From NCBI GenBank assembly GCA_963844035.1, contig CAWJMT010000003.1:320001-384000 (forward strand): a stretch of 64,000 nucleotides of DNA. Direction: 5' to 3'. Positions 20,258 to 32,791 of this stretch are shown piece after piece. A program made the translations under genes and the position numbers. The notes under the pieces were generated by a model that was given only the letters and a program-made list of their open reading frames with translations, had not been told where the DNA came from and did no database searches. Origin of the DNA: an uncultured Gemmatimonadales bacterium. Its GTDB lineage: Bacteria; Gemmatimonadota; Gemmatimonadetes; Gemmatimonadales; GWC2-71-9. Position 1 is the first letter of the stretch; the number at the start of each line of letters is the position of its first letter.

Positions 20258-21388
20258 CGCGTTGGCCAGCGCCACGGCGCGCTGCACCGCGTCGTCCATG
20301 TCCGTCAGCGCAGAGAAACCGGCGTTCGTCAGGATCGCGACCGCCTCAGCTTCGTTGGTGCCGGTGAGGCGGATGACGAGGGGGACCTTGAGGGGGAAGT
20401 GCTGGGTCGCCTGGACGATACCGTTGGCCACGTCGTCGCACCGCGTGATCCCGCCGAAGATGTTGAACAGAATCGCCTTCACGTGCGGATCACCGGTAAT
20501 GATTTGCAGCGCCGCGACGACCTTCTCCGGGTTGGAGCTGCCCCCGATGTCGAGAAAGTTGGCGGGTTCTCCACCGTAGAACTTCACCAGATCCATCGTC
20601 GCCATGGCAAGCCCGGCGCCGTTCACGCAGCACGCTACAGATCCCGCCAGCTTGATGAACGACAGTCCGTGCTCCCGCGCCTGCTGTTCCGAAGGCGCCT
20701 CGGCCGACAGATCGCGCAAGGCGGCCAGGTCGGCGTGGCGCATGAGCTCGTTGTCGTCCAGGGCGAGCTTCGCATCCAGGGCGAGCACGCGGCCGTCGGG
20801 TGTCGTGACGAGAGGGTTGATCTCCGCGAGCGACGCGCCGACCGCATAGAAGGCGGCGTAGAGCTTCTGGGCGATGTCCGCGGCTGCGCGTACCTGCGCC
20901 AGATCGTCGTACAGCGCGAACCCAAGGGACATGGCCTGGTGAGTGAGCAGGCCGTAGCGCGGGTCCACCGGCACCCGCACGATGCGCTCCGGCGTGCGAG
21001 CCGCCACCTCCTCGATGTCCATTCCACCGGCCGCGCTGGCCATCACCATCGGACGCTGCGTCTCGCGGTCGACGATGATCCCGAGGTAGCTCTCCGACGC
21101 GATCTCGGCGGCCGGCACCACGAGCACTTTCTGCACCGGCAGGTCGCGGATGGTCATCCCGAGGATCCGTGAGGCGTGTTCGGCCGCCTCCGCCGGATTG
21201 CGGGCGAGCTTCACTCCCCCGGCCTTGCCCCGGCCTCCCGTGTGCACCTGCGCCTTCACCATCACGGGTCCCGCCATCCGCGCCGCGATCGCCTTGGCCT
21301 CCTGGGCGGTGGCTGCGACGGCTCCCGGGGGAAATGGAATCCCGAAGCGTTCGAAGATCTCGCGGGCCTGATATTCGTGAAGGTTCAC
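20254..21388 (-). CDS. sucC: Succinyl-CoA synthetase beta subunit
   Basis: [59 protein letters not shown]. No stop before sucD. Confidence 0.95.
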
Positions 21389-21396
21389 GGCAGGGA

Positions 21397-21402
21397 AACC
21401 TA
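21397..21402 (-). promoter_or_regulatory. Putative -10 box TAGGTT 8 nt before the sucC GTG; its TAG is the UPF0182 stop
   Basis: Minus strand TAGGTT-tccctgcc-GTG, with no SD motif. Confidence 0.45.
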
Positions 21403-23871
21403 ACGGCGTCCTCGGCCTGGTGCGGGCCTACTGGGGACGCCCAGGGCCCGTTTCAGCTCGGTGTAAAACCGCCCGAAGGCTTCGAGGTCGCCAGCCGCCG
21501 CGGCGCTGTCCGCTTCCACCGCGAGATGTCGCGCGAATTCCCAGCGCGCCGCCAACGTCGTGTCGGCCGCCGTCCCGTGAGCGCTGTGGGGGTCGGGCGA
21601 AACGAGATTACGCACCGCCGCGGTCGGGCTGGGCCCCTCACTCGCCCGCTCCCCGCGGCTGAGGAAGACCTTGCTCACGCCTCGCGGGGTCCCATCGGTC
21701 GCCGGCTCGACGAACAGGGCTTGCTCCGTGAGCAGCGTACCGTCCACGATCCAGAGACGCATCACGCCAACCGCTGTTTCGGGCGACCCCATCAGCTCGC
21801 GCGGCAGCCGCTGCGCGACAACCGGCGTCCAGAGATGCAGCCGAGGACCGGCGGGCGACATGGTGCCCGCCAGCAGCGCGACCACATGACTCGGCGCACC
21901 ACTATCGAACGCCTGGGCCATCCACAGGCGTACCCCGCCCGCCGGATCCGCGGGTGCCGGCAGCTCAAACGGTGCGCGCGGCGGCCGGTGCCACGCCGAG
22001 GAATCTCCCCGGCTGCGCATCAGCTGGCTCTCGGCGATGCGAAACGCGCTGCGCGGGTACGGCAGCTGCTCGCGCAGTGCGGCGGGGAGGCTGTCACGCG
22101 GCCGGATGAGGGGCGCAAGCAACCGGGCCCAGGCGGTCGCCAGCGAATCCGCGCCGGGCGCGAGGTAGAGCCGGGTGTCGCCGGTCGCGGCGTTCACGAC
22201 GCCAACCAGTCCGGTGCGCAGGTATCGCACCAGATGGTCGCTGCCCGGAACTGCGAGCGGGCGAGCCAGGGGACAGGTGCGGCTGGTGAGATAGCCGTAG
22301 GAGATCCACCACAACGTCGAATCCGCGATCACCGGCGTCGGATGGTCGAAGGTGGCGAAGGGAGCGAGCTGGGTGAGGCGGTCCGTCACGTCGCGGCGCC
22401 AGAGCAGCACCAGCCCGTCAGTTTGCCCGCGCACGAGCTCCAGATTTTGCAGCGTCCAGGCGAGCGCGGTGCGTGGCCACCAGCCCGCCACCGGGATGCC
22501 ACCGGCTCGGAGCGCCGGCCAGGTGTCGGGCGCGGCCACCGCAAAGTCATAAAACCCCGCGCCGAACCAATATGCGGAATCGCGGGTAGCCCCCCGGCTC
22601 ACGGCGAGGCCGGAGTCCGTTTCGGTTGCGGTGAGTGGCGGTCCGGCACGCGCGTAGCGGCCGCGATGTCGCTCGCTCCATTCGGGGCCGCCCGGGGGGG
22701 CACCATGGTCTCCCAGCGACACTGTCCCTTCCGCGCCCGGCACGACCAACCAGCTTGGCCTGCCCTCTCCCGATTTGGCGGGCATGAGGCTGGTTCCGGC
22801 AGCGGGCGCGCGTGAGCCCCAGAGGCGGGTCCGGCGAACGACGGTGGCGACGCGATCGGGGTCCCACACGGGCAGCGCGTTGACCGTCGATGCGAGGGTT
22901 GGAAAGGCGCCGGGCGACTGCGAGAGCCAGTCGCTGCCGAACGCCAGCCGCTCGAACCGGTCGCGGGTCGTGTCGCCCCCGGTGGCGCTGCTCATCAGTC
23001 CCGGGACCACGCCGTACACGGCGACCGCGCCGAGGAACAGCGCGCCCCATGCTCCGACGAGCAGGCGCGGTCGCTCGCGCAGGCCCCAGATCAGCGTTGC
23101 GACGACGGTCATACCGCTGAGCACGACCATCACTCTGGCGCCGGGGATGCGGGCCTGGAGCAACGTGTGGTCCAGCACGCCGCGCAGCCCGGCGACGGCT
23201 TCTGCCGGATCGAGGACAGCGGCGCGCGCGAGACTGAGTGCGAGCAGGGCGAGCACCAGCCCCAGGTGTGCGCGCGCGTGCGCGCTCGCCTCGGGACGCC
23301 AGCCGTGAAACCGCAGCGAGCCGATGCCCAGATACAGCAGCGCGACGATCAGCGCGGCCGTCCCCGTCGCGAGCAGCGCGAAGTTCTTGCAGGTGACGGC
23401 CCACGGCAGCGTGCCAAGGTAGTAGCCCAGATCGCGCTGCAGCACCGGGTCCAGAATGCCGAAGCTCGGCGGGTGTGATGCCAGCATCGCCTCGAGCCAC
23501 CAGTCTCCCGTGCCGAGCGAGAGCAGCAGGCCGTACAGGGTCCCGCAGGCGAGGGTGCCGGCGAGCAGCACGCGCTGAGGGACGGCCTCGACGATCTCCA
23601 GGTCGCCGAGGCGCCGCGGCAGCTGCACCGACCCGATGGCGCGATACACGTAGTAGAAGTTCGCCGTGCCCCAGGTGACGGCGACGAGCAGGATGATCCC
23701 GTTGGTCAGGCGGGCGAGGTCGCGAGCCGCGAGATACACGTGGCCCCGGGCGATGGTCGCGGCCCAGGCGTGCTCGGCGGTCTCGAGTGCGAGCCAGCGT
23801 CCGCCCACGAGGAGCGCCGCGAAGATGGTGAGCCCGAAGAGAACAACACGCCGCCGCCGGGCGGCGTTCAC
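21400..23871 (-). CDS. UPF0182 family membrane protein (divergent)
   Basis: N-terminal TM helices, [53 protein letters not shown]. Confidence 0.75.
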   Translation of the reverse strand: MNAARRRRVVLFGLTIFAALLVGGRWLALETAEHAWAATIARGHVYLAARDLARLTNGIILLVAVTWGTANFYYVYRAIGSVQLPRRLGDLEIVEAVPQRVLLAGTLACGTLYGLLLSLGTGDWWLEAMLASHPPSFGILDPVLQRDLGYYLGTLPWAVTCKNFALLATGTAALIVALLYLGIGSLRFHGWRPEASAHARAHLGLVLALLALSLARAAVLDPAEAVAGLRGVLDHTLLQARIPGARVMVVLSGMTVVATLIWGLRERPRLLVGAWGALFLGAVAVYGVVPGLMSSATGGDTTRDRFERLAFGSDWLSQSPGAFPTLASTVNALPVWDPDRVATVVRRTRLWGSRAPAAGTSLMPAKSGEGRPSWLVVPGAEGTVSLGDHGAPPGGPEWSERHRGRYARAGPPLTATETDSGLAVSRGATRDSAYWFGAGFYDFAVAAPDTWPALRAGGIPVAGWWPRTALAWTLQNLELVRGQTDGLVLLWRRDVTDRLTQLAPFATFDHPTPVIADSTLWWISYGYLTSRTCPLARPLAVPGSDHLVRYLRTGLVGVVNAATGDTRLYLAPGADSLATAWARLLAPLIRPRDSLPAALREQLPYPRSAFRIAESQLMRSRGDSSAWHRPPRAPFELPAPADPAGGVRLWMAQAFDSGAPSHVVALLAGTMSPAGPRLHLWTPVVAQRLPRELMGSPETAVGVMRLWIVDGTLLTEQALFVEPATDGTPRGVSKVFLSRGERASEGPSPTAAVRNLVSPDPHSAHGTAADTTLAARWEFARHLAVEADSAAAAGDLEAFGRFYTELKRALGVPSRPAPGRGRR

Positions 23872-25260
23872 ACGCTGACGCCTGCCGCGCGGAGCCAGTC
23901 CTCAACTTCATTGCGATACGCGGCCAGCTCGGCGTCGCTCGGCGCCTCGAAGCGCATCACGAGCACCGGCTGGGTGTTGGACGAACGCAGCAGACCCCAG
24001 CCGTGCGCAAACGTGATGCGGACGCCGTCGAGCGTGGACACGGGGTATTTCGCGCCGAAATGCTTGGCCGCCTGCTCGACGATCGCGACCTTGCGGTCGT
24101 CGGCGCACTCGATGCGGATCTCGGGTGTCGCCACCGTTGCTGGAAGGTCGGCGAGCCGCGGCGAGAGCGGACCGGTGTGCTCGGCGACGTAATGGATCAG
24201 GCGCGCGGCGGCGAACAATGCGTCGTCGAATCCGAACCAGTCGCCGCCGAAGAACATGTGGCCGCTCATCTCGCCGGCGAGCGGCGATTTGAGGTCCAGC
24301 ATTTTCTGCTTGATCAGGGAATGCCCCGTCTTCCACATGACGGGCTCGAGCCCGGCGCGCTTGAGCTCCTGCGGCAGCACCTCGGAGCATTTCACGTCGA
24401 AGATGACCGAGTGTCCCTTGCCCATGCGCCGGACCAGGTCGCGCGCGAACAGTACCAGCAGCTGATCGCCGAACACCGGTTTACCCTGCTCGTCCACCAC
24501 GCCGATTCGGTCGCCGTCGCCGTCGAAGCCGATGCCCAGCTCGGCGCCCTCCCGCACGACTGCGGCTTGCAGGTCAACCAGGTTCTCGAGCACCGTGGGA
24601 TCGGGGTGGTGATTGGGAAACGTCCCATCCGAGTCGGCGAACAGCGGCACGACCACGGCGCCCAACTTTTCGAGCGTCTCGATCGCGATGAGGCTCGTGA
24701 CCCCGTTGCCGCAATCGACCACGACCTTGACGGGCCGCTTGAGCGGGCTGTTCCGCTGCACGATGGCGTCACGATACGCGACGAGGATGTTGGGGTGCGA
24801 GCGCCGGTATCCCCCGGTCTGATCGCGCAGCCGGCCCTCCGAAATCATTCGGCGCAACAGCGCGATGTCTTCTCCGTAAATCGGCGCGCCGCTCGAGCAC
24901 CATCTTGAAGCCGTTGAACTCGGGCGGATTGTGGGAGCCGGTGACCTGCAGCCCGCCGTCGACGCCCAGGGTGTGGGTGGCGAAGTAGAGCGCGGGGGTC
25001 GGCACCTGTCCTACGTAGACGGCAAGGCCGCCCGCGTCCTCGATCCCGGAGACGACGCGGGCCACCAGCTCCACGCCTGACGGCCGGTTGTCGTGGCCGA
25101 CGGCGATCTGCGGCTCGCGCCGCAGCCGCTCGGCGCCGAGGGTCGCGAACGCCTTGCCGACGGCGTACGCCGCTTCCGGCGTGAGCTGGTCGCCGACGGT
25201 GCCGCGAATGTCGTATTCGCGGAAGATGACGGGGGGGAGGCGAAGGTTTACCGGGGGCAG
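23868..25260 (-). CDS. Phosphomannomutase/phosphoglucomutase, AlgC-type (frameshift ~24890; start unclear)
   Basis: IFREYDIRG, TGSHNP (phosphoserine loop), FDGDGDR, GEMSGH, GWGLLRSSNTQP. Confidence 0.9.
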
Positions 25261-25275
25261 AGGGCCTGCCTTGCG

Positions 25276-26805
25276 TCAGTTGTCGTTCGTGGACAACGAT
25301 GCCGGCGGCGTGCGGGGCTGCACGACCGCGGCGCGAACACTTGCACCGCTCGTTTGGGCGAGCGAAAGCATCCCGCTCGGGTGTACGCCCAAGGCCAGCA
25401 ATCCGACCACCGCGGCGGCCACGACGGCGCCGGCCAGCCGGCCGAGGCGCAGGTCCACGTGGGCTTGTCCGGACGATTCGGGCTTCATGTACATCGCCAT
25501 CACGACCGGGAGATAGTACCCCGCCGACGCAACGCTGGCGACCACCAGCAGCGCGGCGAGCAGCCCCTGACCGGTGGTGATCGCGGCCGTCAGGATGTAC
25601 CACTTGCCGATGAATCCGGCCGTGCCCGGAACGCCGAGCAGCGAGAGCATGCACACGGTGAGGGCGAAGGCGAGGACCGGCCGGCGGGCGCCGAGTCCTG
25701 CGAGATCGTCGATGAGGACGTCGCGCTCGCCGTCGCGGCCCTTGGCCGCGAGGATGGCGAACGCCGCCAGCGTCATCAGGGCGTACGCGACCAGGTAGAA
25801 AACGAACGCTGCCGACCCGACGCTCGTGCCCGCGCTCACCGCGACCAGCAGATACCCGGCGTGAGCCACGGACGAGTAGGCGAGCATCCGCTTCATGGTT
25901 CGCTGCGCCAGCGCTGTGAGGTTGCCGAGGGCCATCGTGACGGCGGCGAGCCACCAGACGATCGTGTGCCATCCGGCGACCCCGGCGAACCCTTCCGTGA
26001 GCACGCGGAACAGGGCGGTGAACGCGGCGGCCTTCACACCGACGGCCATGAAGGCGGTCACGGGTGTGGGTGAGCCGTCGTACACGTCCGGGGCCCACAT
26101 GTGGAACGGCACGGCCGCGACCTTGAACCCGAACCCGATGAGCAGGAGCCCGACCCCGAGCAGCAGCATGGTGCTGTGGCCGAGACCGAGCGCGCTGACC
26201 TGCGCGCCGATCAGTGTCAGGTTGGTCGTCCCCGTGGCCCCGTAGGTCAGGGCCATGCCGTACAGCAGGAACGCCGACGCGAACGCCCCCAGCAGGAAGT
26301 ACTTGAGTGCGGCCTCGGCGCCGCCCGGGCTGCGACGGTTGATTCCCGCGAGGACGTAGACGCACACCGACATCAGCTCCAGCCCTAGGAACGTCACCAT
26401 CAGGTCTTCCGCGCCGCCGAGCAGCATCATGCCGATCGTCGCGAACAGGAGCAGCACGTAGTACTCGGGCGCGAGCAGCTGCTCGCGCTCGAGGTACGCA
26501 ACCGACAGCAGGACGGTGAGCGCCGCAGTCCCGAGGAAGATCCAGTCCGTCACGAATCGGAAGTCGTCTACCGCGATCATGGTCGCGATGCCGGCGACCT
26601 GCGCGCGCGTGGCCCACAGCCACCCGACGACACCCGCCGTCGAGATCAGCCCGGCCAGCGTGATCCAGCCGGCCAGCCGAAGGTCGGCCGCCGTGCGGTG
26701 CCGAACGGCGACGACCAGAAGGAGCAGCAGCCCCCAGCCGGTGAGCACGATCTCGGGGAGCAGCGCGATCACGAGGTCGGGATACTGCGACAGGTCGAGG
26801 TTCAT
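25276..26805 (-). CDS. nuoN: NADH-quinone oxidoreductase subunit N
   Basis: FLGLELMS, EAALKYFLLGA, GFKVAAVPFHMWAPDVYDG, KRMLAYSSVAHAGY. Confidence 0.95.
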   Translation of the reverse strand: MNLDLSQYPDLVIALLPEIVLTGWGLLLLLVVAVRHRTAADLRLAGWITLAGLISTAGVVGWLWATRAQVAGIATMIAVDDFRFVTDWIFLGTAALTVLLSVAYLEREQLLAPEYYVLLLFATIGMMLLGGAEDLMVTFLGLELMSVCVYVLAGINRRSPGGAEAALKYFLLGAFASAFLLYGMALTYGATGTTNLTLIGAQVSALGLGHSTMLLLGVGLLLIGFGFKVAAVPFHMWAPDVYDGSPTPVTAFMAVGVKAAAFTALFRVLTEGFAGVAGWHTIVWWLAAVTMALGNLTALAQRTMKRMLAYSSVAHAGYLLVAVSAGTSVGSAAFVFYLVAYALMTLAAFAILAAKGRDGERDVLIDDLAGLGARRPVLAFALTVCMLSLLGVPGTAGFIGKWYILTAAITTGQGLLAALLVVASVASAGYYLPVVMAMYMKPESSGQAHVDLRLGRLAGAVVAAAVVGLLALGVHPSGMLSLAQTSGASVRAAVVQPRTPPASLSTNDN

Positions 26806-28287
26806 CGGGCTTTGACCGTCGAGATGAATCGCTGCGCCGCCGGCTCCATGCGCTCGAGGAACGGCTTCGGGTACACGCCGAGCCACACGATGCACGCCAG
26901 CAGCGGCAGCAGCACGGCGAGCTCGCGGGGGGTGAGATCGAGCAGCTTCTCGTTCTCCTTCTTGTCGAGCGCGTTGTAGATCACCCGCTGGAGCGCCCAC
27001 AGGAGGTACGCAGCCGCGACGATCACGCCGGCTGTGGCGAGCGTGGCGGCGACCGGGTACGTCTGGAACGCGCCGATCAAGACCAGGAACTCGCCGGTGA
27101 ACCCATTGGTACCGGGGAGCCCGATGGACGACAGGGACACGATCGTCAGAATCGCGGCGAACAGCGGGACCACGCGCGCGATGCCGCCGTACGCATCGAT
27201 CATGCGGCTATGGCGCCGCTCATAGATCATCCCCACCAGGAAAAAGAGCGCGCCGGTCGAGATGCCGTGATTGATCATCACGAGTAGCGCCCCCTGCACG
27301 CTCTGCACGGTGAGGGCCCAGATCCCGAGCATGACGAACCCCAGGTGGGCCACCGACGAGTACGCGATCAGGCGTTTGAAATCGGGCTGTACCATCGCCA
27401 CCAGACCGCCGTAGAGGATCCCGACCAGCGACAGCACGACGATCGCCGTCTGGATGGCGGGGTGCTGGGCCACCGCCGGAAAGAAGGGGAAGGCGAACCG
27501 GAGGAACCCGTAGGTGCCCATCTTGAGGAGAATACCGGCGAGGATCACCGACCCGGCGGTAGGCGCCTCCGTGTGAGCGTCGGGGAGCCAGGTGTGGAAC
27601 GGGAACACCGGGACCTTGATGGCGAACGCGAGGAAGAACGCGCCGAACAGCCAGTAGCCGCGCGGTCCCAGATCGCCGAGCCCGGTCATCAGATGCTCGT
27701 ACGAGAACGAGTACACCCCCGTGCGCTGATGGACCAGATGCACCAGCGTGAGGATGGCGACCAGCATGAGCATCGAGCCGAGCATCGTGTAGACGAAGAA
27801 CTTCAGGGCGGCGTACAGACGCCCGTCACCCCCCCACACGCCGATGATGAAATACATCGGAATGAGCATCACTTCCCACATCACGAAGAACAGGAACAGG
27901 TCGAGCGCGACAAAAACGCCGATCATTCCCGACGTCAACGCCAGAAGCAGCGCGTAGTAGCCGCGCACCCGCGTCGTGATGGTGGCGTAGCTGCCGAGCA
28001 CGGTGAGCGGGACCAGGAGGGTCGTCAGGAGTACGAGGAACAGCGAGATCCCGTCCACGCCCACGGTGAACCGGATGCCCCAGGCCGGCACCCAGGGCAC
28101 GTCGAACCGGAACTGCATCCCGCCGGACGGCACGAAGGTCCACCACATCGGGACCGAGATGGCGAATTCGACGCAGCGCTGCGGCGAGCGCGATGTGTTT
28201 GGCCCAGCGGTCCGGCGCGGCGAGCACGGCCAGAGCGCCGGCCACCGGCCAGAGGAGCAGCGCCAGCAACACCCAGTCGTTGTACAC
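26802..28287 (-). CDS. nuoM: NADH-quinone oxidoreductase subunit M (frameshift ~28180)
   Basis: GVDGIS, WEVMLIPMY, AIKVPVFPFHTWLPDAHTEAP, LLKMGTYG, IAYSSVAHLG. Confidence 0.95.
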
Positions 28288-28290
28288 GGG

Positions 28291-30296
28291 TTAGCCCACC
28301 GCCCCGAGCAACAGCACGGCGCCCGCAACGAACAGGACCACGTACAGGCCCAGCTCCCCCGATTGCAGCCGGCTGCCCAGCCAGCCGAGCACCTGGGAGA
28401 CCCGCGCCACACCATTCACCCCGCCGCTGTCCACCACGCGCTGGTCGATCCACTTCCACAGGACCTCGCGCGACAGCCACACGATCGGCCGCACGATGAC
28501 GCGGTCGTAGATCTGGTCGACGTAGTACGCCTTCGCCAGGATGCGCGCGAATCCCTGCTCCGCCGCTGCCTGCCGCGCGGGCACGAGGCGCTCAAACGGC
28601 AGGAGGCGCCAGGCGGCGACGATGCCGGCCGCCGCGACCGCCACCGCGAGCACGATGAGCGCCCATTCGACGCCGTGGGACAGCGCCGGGACTGCGCTGA
28701 TGTGCGCGGCCGCTTCGGTCAACGGCTCGAGCCAATGTTCGAGCGGCGCGGTTCCGCCGAGCAACTGCGGCAGGTTCAGCGCGCCGCCGGCGGCCGCGAG
28801 CATCCCCAGCACCACGAGCGGTCCCGTCATCACCGGCGGCGCCTCGTGGAGGTGGGCGCCCGCCTTCTCGCCGGTCCGGTTGGGGCCGTGGAAGGTGTAG
28901 AGCATCAGACGCGTCATGTAGAACGCCGTCAGCAGTGCGGCCGTCACGCCCAACGCCCAGAACGCATACCACAGGGGATTGACCGCTCCGCGCGCGAATG
29001 CCGCACCGAGGATGGCGTCCTTCGAGAAAAATCCCGAGAACGGCGGGACGCCGGCGATCGCGAGCGTCGCGACCCACATCAGGCCGCAGGTCCAGGGAAG
29101 AAAGGCGCGCAGGCCGCCCATGTTGCGCATGTCCTGGGCGTCCTCGTGCGCGTGCGTGGCATGGTAGGCCTGATGCATGGCGTGAATCACGCTCCCCGCA
29201 CCCAGAAACAGCAGCGCCTTGAAGAAGGCGTGGGTCACGAGGTGAAACACGCCGGCCGCGTACGCGCCGGAGCCCACGCCCAAGAACATGTAGCCGAGCT
29301 GCGAGATCGTCGAATAGGCGAGCACCTTCTTGATGTCCCACTGCTTGAGACCGACCGACGCGGCGAAGCAGCGCCGTCAACGCCCCGACGCCCGGCCACC
29401 ACGGCGCTCCCCGTCGGCGACAGCGCGAAGAGCACGCCGCAGCGGGCGACGAGATAGACGCCAGCGGTGACCATGGTCGCCGCGTGGATCAGCGCCGACA
29501 CGGGCGTGGGTCCCTGCATGGCGTCCGGCAGCCAGGTATACAGGGGGATTTGCGCGGACTTCCCGGCGCAACCGAGGAACAGAAACAGGGCGATCGCGGT
29601 CACGGCCCGATCGCCGACCGCGAACGTGGTGGGCGCTTTGGCGAACACCGTCGTGAAGTCGAGCGAACCGGTGTGCTGGAAGATCAGGAACATCGCGATC
29701 AGGAACCCGAAGTCCCCGATGCGATTGACGATGAACGCCTTGAGCCCGGCATCGGCGTTGATCTTCTCGGTGAACCAGAACCCGATCAACAGGTACGAGC
29801 ACAGCCCGACGCCCTCCCAACCCACGAACATGAGGGGGAAGTTGGCGCCGAGTACGAGCGTCAGCATGAAGAACACGAACAGGTTGAGATACGCGAAGTA
29901 GCGGGCGTACCCCGGATCGTCGTGCATGTAGCCGACGCTGTAGAGGTGGATCAGCGTGCCGACGCCCGTCACCACGAGAATCATCACTGCCGAGAGCGAG
30001 TCGAGCTGCAAGGCCACATCCACCTGCAGGTTGGCCACGGGCAGCCAGGACCAGTACCGGAACACCAGGGGCTCGGCGGGGGGATGGCCGTGCAGCGTCC
30101 ACACCAGCCACACCGCGCTCACGCAAGCCGCCGCCACGCTGCCGACGCCAATGACGGACACGGCGGCTTTGGCTTTGGGGCGCCAGAAGGCCAGCAGGCC
30201 GTTCAGGACGAACCCGGCGAACGGCAGCGCGGGCACCGTCCAGAGCAGGCGCTGTACGCCTGCGTCCGCGGCTGCGACCATCAGGCCGTCGGCCAT
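28291..30296 (-). CDS. nuoL: NADH-quinone oxidoreductase subunit L (frameshift ~29370)
   Basis: GWEGVGLCSYLLIGFW, NRIGD, GKSAQIPLYTWLPDAMQGPTPVSALIHAATMV, LAYSTISQLG, HAFFKALLFL. Confidence 0.95.
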
Positions 30297-30591
30297 CACC
30301 CCTTCAACAGGTTGATGGTGTCGATGTTCACGCTGCGGCGGTGACGATACAGGGCGAGAATGATCGCGAGTCCCACGGCCGCTTCGGCGGCGGCCACGGC
30401 CATGACGAAGAACACGAAGATCTGCCCCCCGACCCCGAGCGACTGCGCGAGGGCGACAAAGGTGAGGTTCACAGCGTTGAGCATCAGCTCCACGCACATG
30501 AAGATCACGATGGCATTGCGGCGCAGCAGCACCCCGGCGACGCCGACGGTGAACAGCACTGCGGACACGAACAGCGAAGGGCCGAGGAGCA

Positions 30592-30592
<1 letters not shown>
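30296..30592 (-). CDS. nuoK: NADH-quinone oxidoreductase subunit K
   Basis: [20 protein letters not shown] and [12 protein letters not shown]. Confidence 0.95.
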
Positions 30593-31113
<521 letters not shown>

Positions 31114-31114
31114 A

Positions 31115-31621
31115 CTACTCGCCTTTGGGATCGGACGGATCCCACAACGTGGAGACGGCGTGGGTTTGCGCGCACAGGCGCTCGAGGTCGTACACGAAGC
31201 GATCGCGCGAGTATTCGGAGTTCTCGTAGTGCACGCCGACGTGAATCGCCTCTTCCGGACACACCTCCTGGCAGTAGCCGCAGAAGACGCAACGGAATTC
31301 GTCGATCTCGTAGATCAGCGGGTAGCGGTTCCCCTGGTCGTCTTCGCCGGGCACCAGCTTGATGCAGTTCGCCGGACAGATCTGGGGGCACAAACCGCAC
31401 GCCACGCACTTGGCGCGTCCCTGCTCGTCGGTCAGCATGCGGTGCGTTCCGCGCCACCGGGCGGAGATCGTCCAATCTTTGCTGCTCTTCTCCTCGGGAT
31501 ACTGCATCGTCACTTTGGGCCGGAAGATGTGACGCAGCGTGAGCACCATCGCCTTGAGCGTGGCGCGCAGGTACGAGGTCTCGGCCGTCGGCCGCTTGAG
31601 GATCTTCACGCCGATCGTCAT
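31115..31621 (-). CDS. nuoI: NADH-quinone oxidoreductase subunit I
   Basis: TMQYPEE and two ferredoxin motifs, CVACGLCPQICP and CVFCGYCQEVCP. Confidence 0.95.
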   Translation of the reverse strand: MTIGVKILKRPTAETSYLRATLKAMVLTLRHIFRPKVTMQYPEEKSSKDWTISARWRGTHRMLTDEQGRAKCVACGLCPQICPANCIKLVPGEDDQGNRYPLIYEIDEFRCVFCGYCQEVCPEEAIHVGVHYENSEYSRDRFVYDLERLCAQTHAVSTLWDPSDPKGE

Positions 31622-32791
31622 CTAGGCTTGCTCCTCAGCGACGGAAGGGGCCACGAGGCGCCCGCGGTCGAGCACGAACAAGAGCGGGATGGCCACGAGG
31701 ACGTTCATCCCGAACAACGCGAGCGCGAAGCGCGAGTCGTACGCCCACCCCAGCTGGTCGTGCAGCACCCAGATCGCGGTGGCGAGCACCGCCAGGTAAC
31801 CGAGGGCGAGGGGGAGCATCACCTTCCAGCCGAGCGCCATGAGCTGGTCGTAGCGGAACCGCGGCAGCGTCCAGCGCACCCAGATGTAGAGGAACAGGAA
31901 GAACCCGACCTTGACGGAGAAGGCCGCGACCGTGGCCAGCGTCTTCACAACCGTCCAGGGCGGCACGTCATCCCAGTGCGTGAAGGGGATATCCCAGCCC
32001 CCGAAGAACAACGTCGCCATCAAGGCCGACGCCGTCACCATGCTCGCGTACTCGGCGATGTAGAACATCGAGAACTTCATCGCGCTGTACTCCGTGTGAT
32101 AGCCCGCGATCAACTCTGCCTCTGCCTCCGGCAGGTCGAACGGCAGCCGGTTGGTCTCGGCAAACGCGGCGACCGTGAAGATGAAGTACGCGACTCCGAG
32201 GGGGAACACGTTCCAGGTGAACAGCGAGTGCTGTTGCCGCTCCACGACCGCCGAGAGCGTCACGTTGCCGACGAGCAGCAACACGGCGACGGTGCTCAGC
32301 CCCAGCGCGATTTCGTAGGAAATCATCTGCGCGCTGGAGCGCAGCCCGCCGAGCAACGAGTACTTGTTGTTGGAGGCCCAGCCGGCGAGCACGATACCGT
32401 ACACCCCGAGCGAGGTGATCGCCAGGATGTACAGGAACCCGACCGGGAGGTCCGCGACGACGAGCGGTACGTCGCCCCAGGGCGTCGGCAGCGGCGCACC
32501 GAGCGGCACCACGGCCATCGTGAGCAGCGCGGGGACGAAGGTGATCGCCGGCGCCAGCATGAACAGGAGACGGTCTGCCTGGGCCGGCAGCGTTTCTTCT
32601 TTCAGGAGATTCTTGAGGCCGTCGGCCGCGGGCTGCAGCAGGCCCTCCGGGCCGACGCGGTTGGGTCCCAGCCGGTCTTGCATCCAGGCGCAGATGCGCC
32701 GCTCGGCGAGCGTCAGCAGCGCGACCCCGACCATGATGACGGTGAACACCACCAGGATCTTCGCGATCGACGCGATCAGGAAGAACGTCAT
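31622..32791 (-). CDS. nuoH: NADH-quinone oxidoreductase subunit H
   Basis: ERRICAWMQDRLGPNRVG, GWASNNKY, AQMISYE, ETNRLPFDLPEAE, PRFRYDQLM. Confidence 0.97.
   Translation of the reverse strand: MTFFLIASIAKILVVFTVIMVGVALLTLAERRICAWMQDRLGPNRVGPEGLLQPAADGLKNLLKEETLPAQADRLLFMLAPAITFVPALLTMAVVPLGAPLPTPWGDVPLVVADLPVGFLYILAITSLGVYGIVLAGWASNNKYSLLGGLRSSAQMISYEIALGLSTVAVLLLVGNVTLSAVVERQQHSLFTWNVFPLGVAYFIFTVAAFAETNRLPFDLPEAEAELIAGYHTEYSAMKFSMFYIAEYASMVTASALMATLFFGGWDIPFTHWDDVPPWTVVKTLATVAAFSVKVGFFLFLYIWVRWTLPRFRYDQLMALGWKVMLPLALGYLAVLATAIWVLHDQLGWAYDSRFALALFGMNVLVAIPLLFVLDRGRLVAPSVAEEQA

Noticed and set aside
25074..25278. nuoN TGA read-through into in-frame PMM (no canonical start before IFREYDIRG)
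   Set aside because: A NuoN-PMM fusion is biologically implausible and no SECIS-like signal is evident. A start codon lost to error near the C7 homopolymer (25231-25237) is more likely.
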